Shown: positions 14,801 through 27,400 of the stretch, in pieces
Layout of the letters: every line of letters begins with the position of its first letter
How positions within the stretch are numbered: the first letter of the stretch is position 1
Assembly: GCA_951406725.2 (NCBI GenBank)
Contig: OX597821.1
Coordinates: 99,324,001-99,388,000, forward strand
Length of the DNA: 64,000 nucleotides
Reading direction: 5' to 3'
Origin: Octopus vulgaris
Taxonomy: Eukaryota
Position numbers and translations under genes: made by a program
The notes under the pieces: generated by a model
Told to the model about the DNA's origin: nothing
What the model saw: the letters and a program-made list of their open reading frames with translations, nothing else
The model's database searches: none

Positions 14801-17800
14801 GGTTGGCCTGAGGCTATAGTAGAAGACACTTGCCCAAGGTGCCACACAGTGGGACTGGACCTGGTACCTTGTGGTTGGTAAGCAAGCTTCTTACCACACA
14901 GCCACTCCTACGCCTGGTTTTAAAATTTTTTTAAACAATTTGTCTGCCTCCTTTATCACTCTTACTCCCCCTCTGAAACCTTGTAAGATGTCTTTTGTGT
15001 ATTATCCATATCCTTAATGCTGCAATACTTTCCTCTCTGAATTGTCATGTATATTTCACCTTCTGCGAGGAATTCTTATTTGGATTTGGATTCTTGCCTG
15101 CTATGTTTCAGTCTGTTTATCCGTGGGACAACTTCTACAATAATACTGAAACGTAACCATAATGTTTTAAAATTTAGATAGGATCTTACCTTTAACTCTT
15201 TAGCATTCAAACTGGCCGTATCTGGCCAAAACATTCTGCCTGTTTTGTGTTCAAACTGGCTCCTGCCATCTACCCTATAATTTCATTCTAAAAATTAACC
15301 ATCACATCATCAAAATCTCAAAGCTACAAGATAATGCATGATTAATTGAAAACGATATGAATTACATTACACTTGACAGAGTAATCTGAATGCTAAAGGG
15401 TCAACCCTTTTGTATTTAAACCTGCTGTATCCAGCTCAAATATTCTACCTGTCTTATGTTCAGACTGGCCGTATTCAGCCTCTCACACCTACCCCACAAT
15501 ATCATACTAAAAATAAACAAGCGCATCATTGAAATCTCAACACAAACAGCTAATGTATGTATAATTCAAAACACTGTGGGTAAATAAGCATTACATTAGA
15601 CAGAATTATCTGAATGCTAAAGGGTTAAAATGTTCCTTGCTTAAAACCCTGTCAAAACTAATTCATGTTTGTTAATCCATTATAGGATGATCAAGACTCG
15701 AAATACTCACCAGATGGAGGATATATACCAAGGATATTATTTCTTGGTAAGATCCCATCTTCAAGTTTTCTTATATTTCTAAATAATTATTGGTTCCACA
15801 AGGTATTTAGAGATAGATATTATTATTGATAAATGAAAACTATTTTGCCTTTGTATAAAATGTAATGTTGTGGTAAACCTTTTTAGTATTTCTTTACTTT
15901 AGTCATTGGACTGCAGCCATGTTGGGGCACCACTTTGAAGGATTCAGAACAAGCTGACTCCAATTCTTATTTCATGAGCCTTTTTTTATTAAGCTGCTTG
16001 TTATCAAAAAAAAAAAAAATCTCAAAATGTATTTGTCCAACCTTTGCTAGTATAGAAAAACTATTGCGTTTCCTACACTTAATATTCTCAGTAAATCATT
16101 TAAAGATTTCAATTTAATTATTTTCAGATAGTAGTGGTGACGTAATGCTTGATTTCTTTAACGAAGAAGGAAATCCTAACTATAAATATTATTACCCAGC
16201 AATATCACAAGGTGAGAGTAATTTCTTTTTGTTTGTTTCCTTTCTGAATATTTTTGATTTTTTTTTTACATCTGGTTTTCTTTTTTTAAATGTAGGTTGA
16301 AAGTTTTTAAATCTGAATCTCTTGTTAAAGTGAAAATTATTATTATTATTATTAAAAAGGTGGTGAGTTGGCAGAATCATTAGTACGCTGGGCAAAATGC
16401 ATTGTGGCATTTTGTCTGTCTTCATGTTCTGAGTTCAAATTCTGCCGAGGTTGATTTTGCCTTTCATCCTTTTGGGTTTGATAAAAATAAATACTGATAC
16501 CAGCAGAGCATTGGGGTTGAGGTAATTGACCGTCCCCCTCCCCCAAATTTCAGGCCTTGTGCCTATAGTGGAGAAGATTATTATTATTTTTAAAAGATCG
16601 TTTAAATGATAATAATAAGAAGAAATATGCTGAGCTAGTGGAGCTATGCCAAAGCACTGGTTGACAAGTAAAGTGTAATCCTATCCAGGTGGGATTCAAA
16701 GAGCTTGCAGGCAAATCCTTTTACACAGATTATAACATGCAGGGCATCAAAGGGGCCAGAAGGTGGAAAGCTATCAAGTTGACTGTTGAGGTAGTAGAGG
16801 TTGCTTCTAGGTCTACAAGGTATGAACCCTGAAAGGATCAATGCTACCAGAAGTGCTGACTGGGGCTGGCTTGCCTGGATTAGGGTGTCTGATGTTGAAA
16901 AACCTGAAGTACCTAATGATCCCAAGAAACGTCACTGATGATGTGTCTAAGTGCATCACATGATAATGTATGGGAAACCATTCCTCTATAGCAATAAGCA
17001 GATTTATATCTCCTCATAAATATAATGCCAGTCTATCACATACAATATTCCAAGAAAGATTTATCACTTATCTTCCAGCCATCATCATCATCATCGTTTA
17101 ACGTCCGTTTTCCGTGCTAGCACGGGTTGGACGGTTCGACCGGGGTCTGGGAAGCCAGGGGCTGCACCAGGCTCCAGTCTGATCTGGCAGTGTTTCTACA
17201 GCTGGATGCCCTTATAAATTGTATTCCAAATACTTCTGATTAACATGTTTCATGATCTCAGGCCTGAATGAAGCATGGAGGATTGAGATTGCTAGACTTT
17301 TGAGCTTGTAACAAATGTTTGATTAGATATTGGTATACTATAGACCTAGAGTAAAGGCTCAAAGGAAAATATAAGAGGCAAGAAGAGTTATCTTCCTTAC
17401 TCAAAGAGAACAAAACAACTGAGGTGGAGCAAGGCAGGAAGTAACTTTTATTTGCTTTGCCATTTCAGTTTTTGAAGAACCTGTAACAAGACTTTGAACT
17501 ATGTAGAGAATGATAAAATAGACTGAGTGAAAGAAATCCCTTATTTAGTGATGTTGTCTAGTTGTGTGCATTTAGCCCTTTTGGCACCAACTTGTCTGAG
17601 ACTGCACTTGGCTCTATAATACAAACTACTCGTTTTAAAGAGATATGAATGAATACCTTGCATAAAAATTTCCTATGTATTTATGGTCTAAACATCAACT
17701 TAACCCTTTTGAGACAGCGTTTTGCTATGTGTAGGCCAAAAAGACCAAAATGTTTTTCCTGTTGAGATTGAAATTGACAGGTGCATCATCATCATCATCA

Positions 17801-19116
17801 TCGTTTAACGTCCGTTCTCCATGCTAGCATGGGTTGGACGGTTCGACCGGGGATCTGGGAAGCCAGAAGGCTGCACCAGGCTCCGGTCTTATCTGGCAAT
17901 GTTTCTACAGCTGGATGCCCTTCTTAACGCATGTAGAAAACAAAGGATAAAGTGCTTAAAACTACTTTATTAGTATGTAAAACTTTAGGCATTATATAGT
18001 TTTATATTATATCTACTGAAAGACGATCTCTGATTGGCTATTACACTTCCAAACATGTTTTTCATCAGGCTGATAGATCTATAAGGAGATATAAATCTGC
18101 TTACTGCTATAGAGGAATGGTTTCCTATACATTATCATGCGATACACTTAGACACATCATCAGTGAGGTTTCTTGGGATCATTAGGCGCTTCAGATTTTT
18201 CAACATCAGACACCCTAATCCAGCCCCAGTCAGCACTTCTGGTAGCATTGATCCTTTCAGGGTTCATACCTTGTGGAACTTCAGACCTTGAAGCAACCTC
18301 TACTATCTCAAAGTCTTAGCAGCTTGTATCACTTGGGCTGATCAATTGGCCCTGGGTGTCCCAAGAGGGTTAATGATGACAAGGTTATTTTAATAAATTC
18401 TTTATTTGTCCTTGCTACCTTCTATTTCTGGGATGGTCATGGGGGTAGAGTCTCAAGGCACCTCCTCCATAAGGCCCTTACTATCAGAAGCAACCATCAT
18501 TAGGCTTTTTCTGGATTCCCAAGCACGACCATCTGAGACTATGGATATTATTCAACCATATTCATTTGTGGCCTACCTCTAGGTCTCCAGCTGGTTCGCT
18601 TGGCTTGAAGAATTTGTCTTTTAATCCTTTCCTGCAGCTAACTACATGCCTGTAATACTGGAGCTGTGACCTCTCAATGAGATGTAATGATTCGATCTGG
18701 AGAGATTGCCTGATCTCTGAGCTATTGTTAAGCATCATGTCAAGTGACATTACTCCAGATATCCAATTTTGTTACCTGTAATCCTTCATTGATACAGGTG
18801 ACGTGTATTTGTAACAGCTATTAGCCCCAGGTCAGTCTTTGGAAGTCAAAGGAATTCCAAATATGACTATTCCATTCTTTTCTTAAAAATCGTATCATCT
18901 GGTATGGGAGGTTTGGCTGTTATTTTTTGTTGGTTGATTTGTAAAAAATAATGAGTGTGTGTAGGTGAGTAATAAAAACTTCACCTAGTTATACCTTCAG
19001 TATATCTTGCATTAATAATTAATTGTAAAATGTGTTCATTTTTCGTTTTAGTACTAACAAGTATGAAAAATGTTCTGCAGGCCATCAAAAACAAAGCTCA
19101 AAATGAAGAACTTTAG
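2477..19116 (+). CDS. TXNDC12: Thioredoxin domain-containing protein 12 (ERp18), 7 coding exons, 159 aa
   Basis: Exons 2477-2558, 10356-10416, 12554-12606, 12927-13000, 15686-15746, 16128-16211 and 19052-19116 total 480 nt with GT-AG junctions in phase. The protein has a signal peptide (MAAYTVILFIFSVQLTLCLC), GWGDNIAW, the HKAWCGACKALKPKF active site, SPDGGYIPRILFLD, GNPNYKYYY and a C-terminal NEEL ER-retrieval-like signal. Confidence 0.95.
2651..2863. repeat. Compound (TA)n/(CA)n microsatellite
   Basis: Alternating TA and CA tracts in TXNDC12 intron 1; source of the spurious YIYI/THTH ORFs. Confidence 0.95.
3851..4307. mobile_element. MITE with ~65 bp TIRs
   Basis: atttaggcttgttaaacccttatatagtttataaggcttgggagctatttgataaaaaattacac, with its reverse complement at 4242-4307; non-coding interior. 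Confidence 0.88.
4311..5097 (+). mobile_element. RTE LINE 3' fragment
   Basis: [30 protein letters not shown], followed by the same 3' UTR and (GAT)n tail as 58791-59842. Confidence 0.88.
9140..9575 (+). mobile_element. Degenerate internal RTE fragment (RT thumb and Cys-rich region)
   Basis: KFQVWKQGLEWKGLWVNLTKTK...RKGVGRNSLRCTWCK..KKCSNIRGRL...FVCGRC...VDSFHYLG...RIRIGWAKF, with stops and frameshifts. Confidence 0.75.
9613..9947 (+). mobile_element. tRNA-headed SINE with a ~21 bp target-site duplication
   Basis: TGTTCAAAAGTGTGTACTTGC at 9594-9614 and 9948-9968; A box TGGCTCAGTGG and a B-box-like GAGCTTGAATCCC. Confidence 0.85.
10356..10416 (+). CDS. TXNDC12: TXNDC12 exon 2
   Basis: tccag|(G)WGDNIAWHNLQDGLKKSKK|gtgagt. 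Confidence 0.93.
12554..12606 (+). CDS. TXNDC12: TXNDC12 exon 3 (CGAC active site)
   Basis: ttcag|(Q)NKPLMFILHKAWCGACK|gtaaaa. Confidence 0.95.
12927..13000 (+). CDS. TXNDC12: TXNDC12 exon 4
   Basis: tttag|(A)LKPKFADSEEIGELSKEFIMVNSP|gtacgt. Confidence 0.95.
15192..15628. mobile_element. Tandem pair of piggyBac-type (TTAA/CCCT) MITEs
   Basis: TTAACTCTTTAGCATTC...GAATGCTAAAGGG-TCAA-CCCTTT...GAATGCTAAAGGGTTAA. The same family occurs at about 19702-19929, 48823-49273 and 50405-50590. Confidence 0.75.
15686..15746 (+). CDS. TXNDC12: TXNDC12 exon 5
   Basis: tatag|DDQDSKYSPDGGYIPRILFL|gtaaga. Confidence 0.95.
16128..16211 (+). CDS. TXNDC12: TXNDC12 exon 6
   Basis: ttcag|(D)SSGDVMLDFFNEEGNPNYKYYYPAISQ|gtgaga. 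Confidence 0.95.
17700..18373. mobile_element. piggyBac-type non-autonomous element nested in another TTAA element and carrying an RTE-tail insert
   Basis: TTAA-CCCTTTTGAGACA...TGTCCCAAGAGGG-TTAA, with a (CAT)n/RTE-tail copy at about 17785-17930. Confidence 0.75.
18490..18765 (-). mobile_element. Degenerate RTE-like LINE 3' fragment
   Basis: SSEIRQSLQIESLHLIERSQLQYYRHVV resembles the RTE C-terminal IERSQLRWxGHV motif. Confidence 0.55.
19052..19116 (+). CDS. TXNDC12: TXNDC12 exon 7 (terminal, NEEL*)
   Basis: tttag|(V)LTSMKNVLQAIKNKAQNEEL TAG. Confidence 0.92.
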
Positions 19117-20045
19117 GCATGAAAATTTTGAATAAGCAAGAATCTAGAAATTTTCTGCACAACTTGAGGAATCACTCTAGAAATTGTGCATTGTTTTTGT
19201 ATACACTCCCATTTTAAACATCACTGTAAATAAGAATTTGGCTTTTATTTACATTTTTTCATAATTCTTTAATTAATATCACCTTTACTTTTTTGTTTTA
19301 TCACTGGGAGTCATAATCAGTAACATTTAATATATTCTGGGTACAGTACTAACCAAACTGGGTTTTTTTTATTATATGTTTATGGATATATTTATTTGAA
19401 TTTTGTATCACAATGATCAGATACTTTTTTACACAAGCTAACTGGGTGGAAAGGAAAAGTACAAAGCATTTGTCAATTTAAACATCATATTTTGATGTGT
19501 GGTAAAATAAGGTTTTATATTTGTTAAACTAATCTCTTGATCAAGATGTCTTATGTATTTCATTTAACAAATAGAACTGCAAGAAGTTTGTAAATATTTC
19601 AAAAGACATATCACTGACAAAAAATTATTTATGTTGTAATTGGATCTCAATTAAGAAACATCGTTAGCTTCATTGTGATTAAGAGGATTAAATTAAATAT
19701 CCAACCCTTTTGCATTCAGATTACTCTGTCAAATATAAAGCTTATTTATTTGCATTCATTTTGAATTAATTATGGATTATCTCATAGCTTTGAGATTTCA
19801 GTGATGTGAATGTCTGTTTTAAGAAAGACATTGTAGGTTAGGTAAGAGAGGCTGGATCTAATTAGTCTGAACATAAAAGAAGTAGGATATTTGGACCAGA
19901 TACGGCCAGTTTGAATACTGAAGCATTAAAATTATTGAATGATTGCATGGGAAGAAAGACAAACATCATGTACTCCTTTTAGTTATTGCAGTTAAATCAA
20001 TTATTAAGACTTGATCACCAAATTAAAAAATGAAGCAAAACAACT

Positions 20046-20061
20046 TTTATTGATAAATAAA
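20046..20061. terminator. Back-to-back polyadenylation signals (SETD9 on minus, candidate TXNDC12 on plus)
   Basis: TTTATT at 20046-20051 (AATAAA on minus, about 90 nt after the SETD9 stop) and AATAAA at 20056-20061 on plus. Confidence 0.55.
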
Positions 20062-20143
20062 AACTTCTTTAAAGGTCTCTTTCACCATCTTAATTACTTA
20101 AATTAGTTTTCCTTTTGATAACAAACAGTTCAAAGGTACACAA

Positions 20144-20243
20144 TTACTGTTGGGGGGCTTCTATAACTGTAAAGTATGTTGAAAACAGTTCTTCTCCTGC
20201 ATGGATAGAGCGGAGGGAAACAAGTGCCACACCTCTTAATAAC
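20144..20243 (-). CDS. SETD9: SETD9 exon 6 (terminal)
   Basis: tgcag|(G)LLRGVALVSLRSIHAGEELFSTYFTVIEAPQQ TAA. Confidence 0.94.
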
Positions 20244-23200
20244 CTGCACAAAAAAAAATAAAAGACATCCTTAATAAGGAGACCAGTTTTTCTGAACAAA
20301 TTTTTTAAATAAATGAACAAACCTCCATGAGAGTCGAATTTTTAATTCTGTTTCAAAACCTAAAATAATAAAAAACGTTCTTCTATTTTGTTCTATTTAT
20401 TTATTTACATATTAATAATTTTCAAACTATTTGCATGTTTACTGAGACAACCAACTGGTGTAGATGTGTAATATATTGCTTTTACTGGTTTCAGTCAGTT
20501 GATTGTGGCCATGCTGGAGCACCGCCTTGAAGGATTTTAATCAAATGAATCGACTCCTGTACTTTTTTCCTTAAAGCCTGGTATTTATTCTGTTGGTCTC
20601 CCTTGCCTAACCACTAAGTTATGGGGATATAAACACACCAGCACTGATTTTCAGACAGTGGCGGGGGAGAAATACACATGAGCGCGCATGTGTGTGTGTG
20701 TAATGGGCTTCTTTTTAGTTTGCATCTACCAAATCCACTTTGGTCAGCTCAAGCCTATAGTAGAAGACACTCTGCCAAGGTACCACAGAGTGGGATTGAA
20801 CTTAGAACTATGTGGTTGAGAATCAAACTTATGCAGCCATGCCTATCAGATCCAGTCAAATATCCAGCATTTTATTTTTTATTTATGTGTCCTTTTCAAG
20901 CCTAGCCAGGCTCATGGGCCCGGTTTCCCAGTTTCTATGGCGTATGTGTTCACCCCCCTCCCCCAGCTGGACAAGAAATAGGAAGAAAGAGTGAGAGAAA
21001 GTTGGGGTGAAAGAGTACAACAGGGGTCGCCACCACCCCCTGCTGGAGCCTCGTGGAGCTTTTTAGGTGTTTTTGCTCAAACCCACACAACGCCTGGTCT
21101 GGGAATTGAAACTGCGGTCCTCTGATCGCAAGTCCGCTGCCCTAACCACCGGGCCATTGCACCTCCACAAATATCCAGTATAGAACATAGATATTGAGGA
21201 TGATGATGATGACAAATATTGAATGAACAAATCCAAAATTGTGTTAACAAAAAGTAATAAAATTTGAAGTATATTAAATAATTTAGAGAGCCTTCATGCA
21301 ATTTTTGTTTGTTCATCTCTAGTCACAAAGTAGGAAAGTATTACCAAACCAAATATTTGGAGTAGAATGAACTTTGCTAAAGGCACTTGAAGGCCATATA
21401 ATTACATTAACCTGGTTGATGGATCAAGTCCTCTTCCTAAATAGACCTTGCAGGATTTTAACTCGGAACACAAAGAGCTAGAATAAATGCTGCAAGTCAT
21501 TCCATCCTACACACTAAAAATTCTGCCAGTTCACCACTACTTCACTATATTGAGCCCCAGAAGGGTGAAAGGCAAAATTAACCTTGGTGGGATTTGAACA
21601 CAGAGTAAGAAATTGGAATAAGTAGTGCAAAGCATTTCATCTACAATTCCTACTGTTTCTTCTGTACACAGGAAGGAACTGTAGAAAAGAGAGACATGGG
21701 TGGAAGAGGTGAAAGCTAATATTAAGGTGTTGAAGTTCACAAAGATGAAATAAACTAACATATTTAAATAGACTGAGGTCTGGCTTTGTTGCATTATATG
21801 TTAAAGATAAAATAGAATTTGAAATAATCTTCAGGTCAATATGTTGACTTTGTGAACTTTTAACATATTTCTAACATAACGGAAAAACAATGTATTCACC
21901 TCTTCACCAAGACCCTGTTCCTTTCACAATATCATACATTCCTCAATACTATAGCCCACTCAGTTGGGGTATTGCATCTTATGAGTACTTGGCAATCTCA
22001 CTAGTGCTGGTGCACTCTGTAAAGTGGCTGGCATTAGGAAGGGCATCTAACCAGAAATCATGTCAAAGCAGATACTAGTTTGGTGTAGTCCTCTGACTTG
22101 GTTCCCACTGAATTGTCCAACCAATGCCAGCATAGCAAAATAAGGACAGTAACCAGATTTTGAATCCTAGCTTCAAAAACAGATTCTCAAATACTGGTAA
22201 TTTAAACATCTTGATCTGTTTCCATTGTTTTTACTTGGCTGACAGTAAATCAAAATTCCATAAATGCTATCTATAATTCTGTATTGACTCAAATGGAAAA
22301 ATGTGTTGCTCAAGAAGGACTTCAGTTTGAACAGTTTTCATGATGCTTCATATTTAGATGCTTTTATTAAATTCATTCAGTTGTTAAACATAAATAAATC
22401 TTGGAATTAAATGGTTTTGATTTACTGTCAGGTGACGTTGGGCCAACCCTGTATATACAAGTTGATGTTTCTCAGAAACTGAATAGAAAAATAAAACTAT
22501 ACCTACCCGTTGACTGAATTATATAAATTAAGGCCTCCACTGTATTCTACATAAGGAAGATATCTACTGAGATGTATTGGAAAATTTGATGAGATGTCAA
22601 ATTCTTGATAAGCTACATTGGCTGGAAATTCTGGAATAAAAAGAAAAGAACTATTTTTGTACACAAAGACACCGTATATATGAGGGAGTGCTGAAAAGTT
22701 CCTGGTTTAAGGTAAAAGAAAATACAGGAGGATCAGTCAATTATGATTTTATCTAACATATTCCCCTTCTCAGATTCACATAATTATTGCAGAGGTCCTT
22801 CAGTTTTTCTAAGCCCTGTAAAAGAACTCGGAAGGTTGGGTCTCCAACTAGACCTTTTTGTGACACTCTTAACCACTAGGAGCTTTTCAGCACCCCCATC
22901 CTTGTATGTAAAACGTTAGTATTATTGAAGAATTTAGCAATGCAGATTGAACATTAACTATCAACAATGATTTCAAATTTTGACCGAACACCAGTAATTT
23001 TTTTGGTGGAGGGGTAAGTTGATTATATCAGTTGCAGTGCTTCATCTGGTACTTTATTTTATCAACTCCCAGAAGGATGAAACACAAAACCAATCTGAGC
23101 ACAATTTGCATTCAGAACTTAAAAAGTCGAAAGAAATGCTGCTAGACATTTTGTCTGGTGTGCTAACAATTCTGCCAGCTTGCTGCCTTTCTATCAATAT

Positions 23201-24460
23201 TCTTTAATTCTTTTAGTTGGTTCAGTCATTTGACTGTAGCCATGCTGGAGCACTGCCTTTAGTCAAACAAATCTACCCTAGGACTTATTCTATGTAAGTC
23301 TAGTACTTATTCTGTTGGTCACTTTTGCTGAACTGCTAAGTTATGGTGATGTAAACACACCAACATCTGGTTGGGGGACAAGCACAGACACAAACAAAAT
23401 ATATACATACGACGGACTTTAAGTTTCGATCTACCAAATCCACTCACAAGGCTTTGGTTGGCCCTGAGGCTATACTAGAAGACACTTGCCCAAGGTGCCA
23501 TGCAGTGGGACTGAACTGAGAACCATGTGGTTGGGAAGCAAGCTCCTTATTTCTTTACTCCCCACAAGGGGCTACATACAGGGGAGAAGAACAAGGACAG
23601 ACAAATGGATTAGGTACTTATTTAATCAACCCCGAAAGGATGAAAGGCAAAGTTGACCTCGGCAGAATTTGAACTCAGAACGTAGCGGCAGATGAAATAC
23701 CATTAAGCATTTCACCTGGCGTGCAAACATTTCTGCCAGCTTGCCATAGTTGTGTGGTAAGCTTCTTACCACACAACCACACATGCCAGCCTCGTCTGGC
23801 ACCTGTGTCGGTGGCACATAAAAACACCATCCGAGCATGGCCGTCTGCCAGCCTCGTCTGGCACCTGTGTCGGTGGCACATAAAAACATCATCCGAGCGT
23901 GGCCGTCTGCCAGCCTCGCCTGGCACCTGTGTCGGTGGCACATAAAATCACCCACTACACTCTTGGAGTGGTTGGCGTTAGGAAGTGCATCCAGCTGTAG
24001 AAACATTGCCAGATCTGACTGGCCTGGTGCAGCCTTCGAGCTTGCCAGACCCCAGTTGAACCGTCCAACCCATGCTAGCATGGAAAGCAGACGTTAAACG
24101 ATGATGATGATGATGATGATATATACATATATATAAGATGAGGGATGCTGAAAGGTTCCTGGCTTAGAGTGGGATAAGAAGCTTGCTTCCCAACCACATG
24201 GTTCTGGGTTCAGTCCCACTGCATAGTACGTTGGGCATGTGTCTTCTACTATAGCCTCAGACTGACCAAAGTCTTGTGAGTGGATATGGTAGATGGAAAC
24301 TGAAATAAGCTGGTGTGGATGTGTGTGTACATTACATCAGAACAGACATGGGAATCCAACAGTCCTCAAGTTTGTGAGATCCTCTGAAGTGCCTTCTAAC
24401 TCATGCCAGGATAAAATATGAATGCTAAATGGATATGTATGTGTGTGTGTGTGTGTGTGT

Positions 24461-24495
<35 letters not shown>

Positions 24496-27400
24496 TGGTG
24501 TTAGGAAGGGCATCCAGCTGTAGAAACATTGCCAGATCAGACTGGTCCTGGTGCAGCCTTCTGGCTTCCCAGACCCCAGTTGAACTGTCCAACCCATGCT
24601 AGCATGGAAAGCGGATGCTAAACGATGATGATGATACACATACACATATATACATATGTTTATGTGTAAGTCTCCATGTTTTTCTTTACATTGACACCTC
24701 TTGAAAAACAGTGTTCTATTTCAATTATACATAACTTAAAATGGGGGTGGGGGGTGGATGATATTATTAACAAAAACACCTTAACGCTCTACTCCAGCAT
24801 GGCTGCACTTCAATGATTGAAACAATAAATGAATAAATAAAAGCATAAAAAGGCTAGCTAAACAGTATTTACCTGGAGTTTGGTTATTCACATACTGACC
24901 AACGGCTAGTGGATTTACTGGCCATGTTGACATCCAGGTTGCATCTGCTGTCCAGTAAGGAAACCGACGATCACGGTGAGTGCAAGACCTACAACAAACC
25001 AATGAAATTAGTTTATTAGCAATTTTAATTATTAACTAATGAGACAATCTCCATCTCTATACACATCAGTTAATGATCTTTTTTCCCATGCTCCTATAGG
25101 CTAATTTGTTCTTCAACTCTAAATTCAAATTGTAGTTGTTTTAACATTCATTTTGTTTTCCAAGCTGATATGAGTCAGACATTTGTTGAAGCAGATTTTT
25201 TACTGCTGGATGCTATTCCTGTCACCAACTCTTATCTGTTTCCTGACTAAGGTAATATTTCCCTAAGTCCTTTAAACAATGACCAGCTCAATGGCCAGAC
25301 ATATTTTTGTGGGAGACTGTAAACAACTGGCACTGATTGTGTGAACAGTGACCTAGTTTTCAATCAGCATTCAAATCTCAAGACAAAGAGGAGACACACA
25401 CACGAGCTTCTTACACTTCTCATCACAAGGTTTTGATTAGAAAGTAGTCATAGTAGATGACATCAGCTGGAAGTAAACTCTAAACCACTGGGCTTCAAAA
25501 CAAACTTCTTAACCACACAGTCACACTTCTGTCATATTCAGTATGTTTTTACTTTATACAACTATTTGAGCTCTGAGCTTGAAAAGGCAAATCTTCTAAA
25601 GTAGTATTTGACTCTTGCAGATCACGTTGGCTACATAGATCACTTACTTCTATGTCACGCTGGTGAGACCCATATTGGAGTATGGGATTCAAGCCTCTTC
25701 TCCTTATCTCCTCAAAGACATACAGCATCTCGAAAGAGTCCAGAAGCTGGCTACCCGCATGGTTCATGGTCTCAAAATTTGTCCTACGAAGAAAGGCTGA
25801 GGACGCTCGACCTTTATTCTCTTGAAAAACGCTGCCGCCGTGGTGATCTCATTCTCGCCCACAACATCATAAGCGGAAAGTGTAACCTCTCGAAAGAGCT
25901 GTTCTTCACTCCTGCTCCAGAGCGTCGGCTGCGGGGTCATTCCGAAAAGCTCAACCTGCAACAATTTCATCTCAATCGAAGGAGAGGAGCTTTCTCCGTC
26001 CGGGTTGCGGATCCGTGGAACAAGCTGCCAGACGAGATGGTAAAGATGCCGACGACCGCTTTGTTCAAAGCCTCCCTGGACCTCAAGTGGCCTGAACTCT
26101 TTACATGAACACCACCCTGTACTTAACTCCATGTCCCCCTACATGGCCTTGCTGTTTGCTTTTGAGCCAAATTAACTAACTAACTTAAGCAGCATCAAAA
26201 TAACAATTTACATGTGTTGTGCTTATCATGATTCCTACAGTGCAATATATATAAATATTTCCCACCTGAATTACTTAAACTCATAGCTCAAGATGCTAAC
26301 CACATCAATCTAAATTTGAAACAGTATTTTTATTATTATTTTTCTTAATCTTTCAGCAAGCTAGATTGATTGGAACTAATAATGTAATAAATAGAATTCA
26401 ATGTTACAACAGAATTCTATTTCGTTTCTGGTGTGTGATCACTTTAACCGTTTTGTTACCACATTTCTGTTCAAATACACTGCCTTTGCTTCAATTAATT
26501 TCGAAAATAATGGAGAATTTAGTTAAATAACTTTGTCATAAAGCTGGTGTTTGGAACATAAATTAACATGAAATTTTCTTTCTACTATAGGCACATTACC
26601 TAAAATTTTGTGGGAGTCAATTACATTGGCCCCAGTGCTTGACTTGTACATATTTTATTGAATCCCATAAGGATGAAAGGCAAAGCTTGGCACCTGTGAT
26701 GTCGCAACTCATTTCATTTCTACAGCTGAGTGAACTGGAGCAACATGAAATAAAGCGTCTTGCTCAAGAACACAACATGCAGCCCGGTCTGGGATTCGAA
26801 CTCACAACCTCATGATTGTAACTGCCTTCATAAGATAATGCATAATTAAGTCAAAACAATGTGAATTAATAAGCATTACTTTTGAAGGCACATGGCTTAG
26901 TAGTTAGAGTATTGGACTCACAATCATAAGATTGTGGTTTCAATTCCTGGACCAGGTGATGCATTGTGTTCTTGAGAGAAACACTTCACATTGCTCCAGT
27001 CCACTCAGCTGTAGAAATGAGTACCACTAGTGGAGGTGCACCATTTAGTGGGTAGTGTATTGGATTCAAGACTGTAGGATTGTGGTTTCGATCTCTGAAC
27101 TGGGTAATCTGTTGTGTTCTTGAGCAAAACACTTCATTTCACAATGCTCCAGTCCACTCAGCTGTAGAAACGAGTTTAGCCTGGAGAGGGATGGGCTCTG
27201 CCAGGCTTCCTCACTCTAGATACGCTGCATAGCTGCAGTGCCCCAATGGCTCTTAAGAGGTTAAGGGACTTGTCAACATTTGACAGGGTAATCAGAAAGC
27301 TAAAGTGTTCAAATAGGAAGTTTGTATTGTAGGATTAAGGGTGGTTTCAGAAAAGTTGGTAATGAAAGGGTTAAAGCATACAATGATATAAAATTATAAG

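Noticed and set aside
16926-16945. GAAACGTC-A-CTGATGA, resembling hammerhead boxes
   Set aside because: There is no room for stem I, and the inverted copy reads GAAACCTC.
23786-23948. CRISPR-like regular repeats
   Set aside because: Contiguous tandem units without unique spacers, inside an RTE UTR, in eukaryotic DNA.
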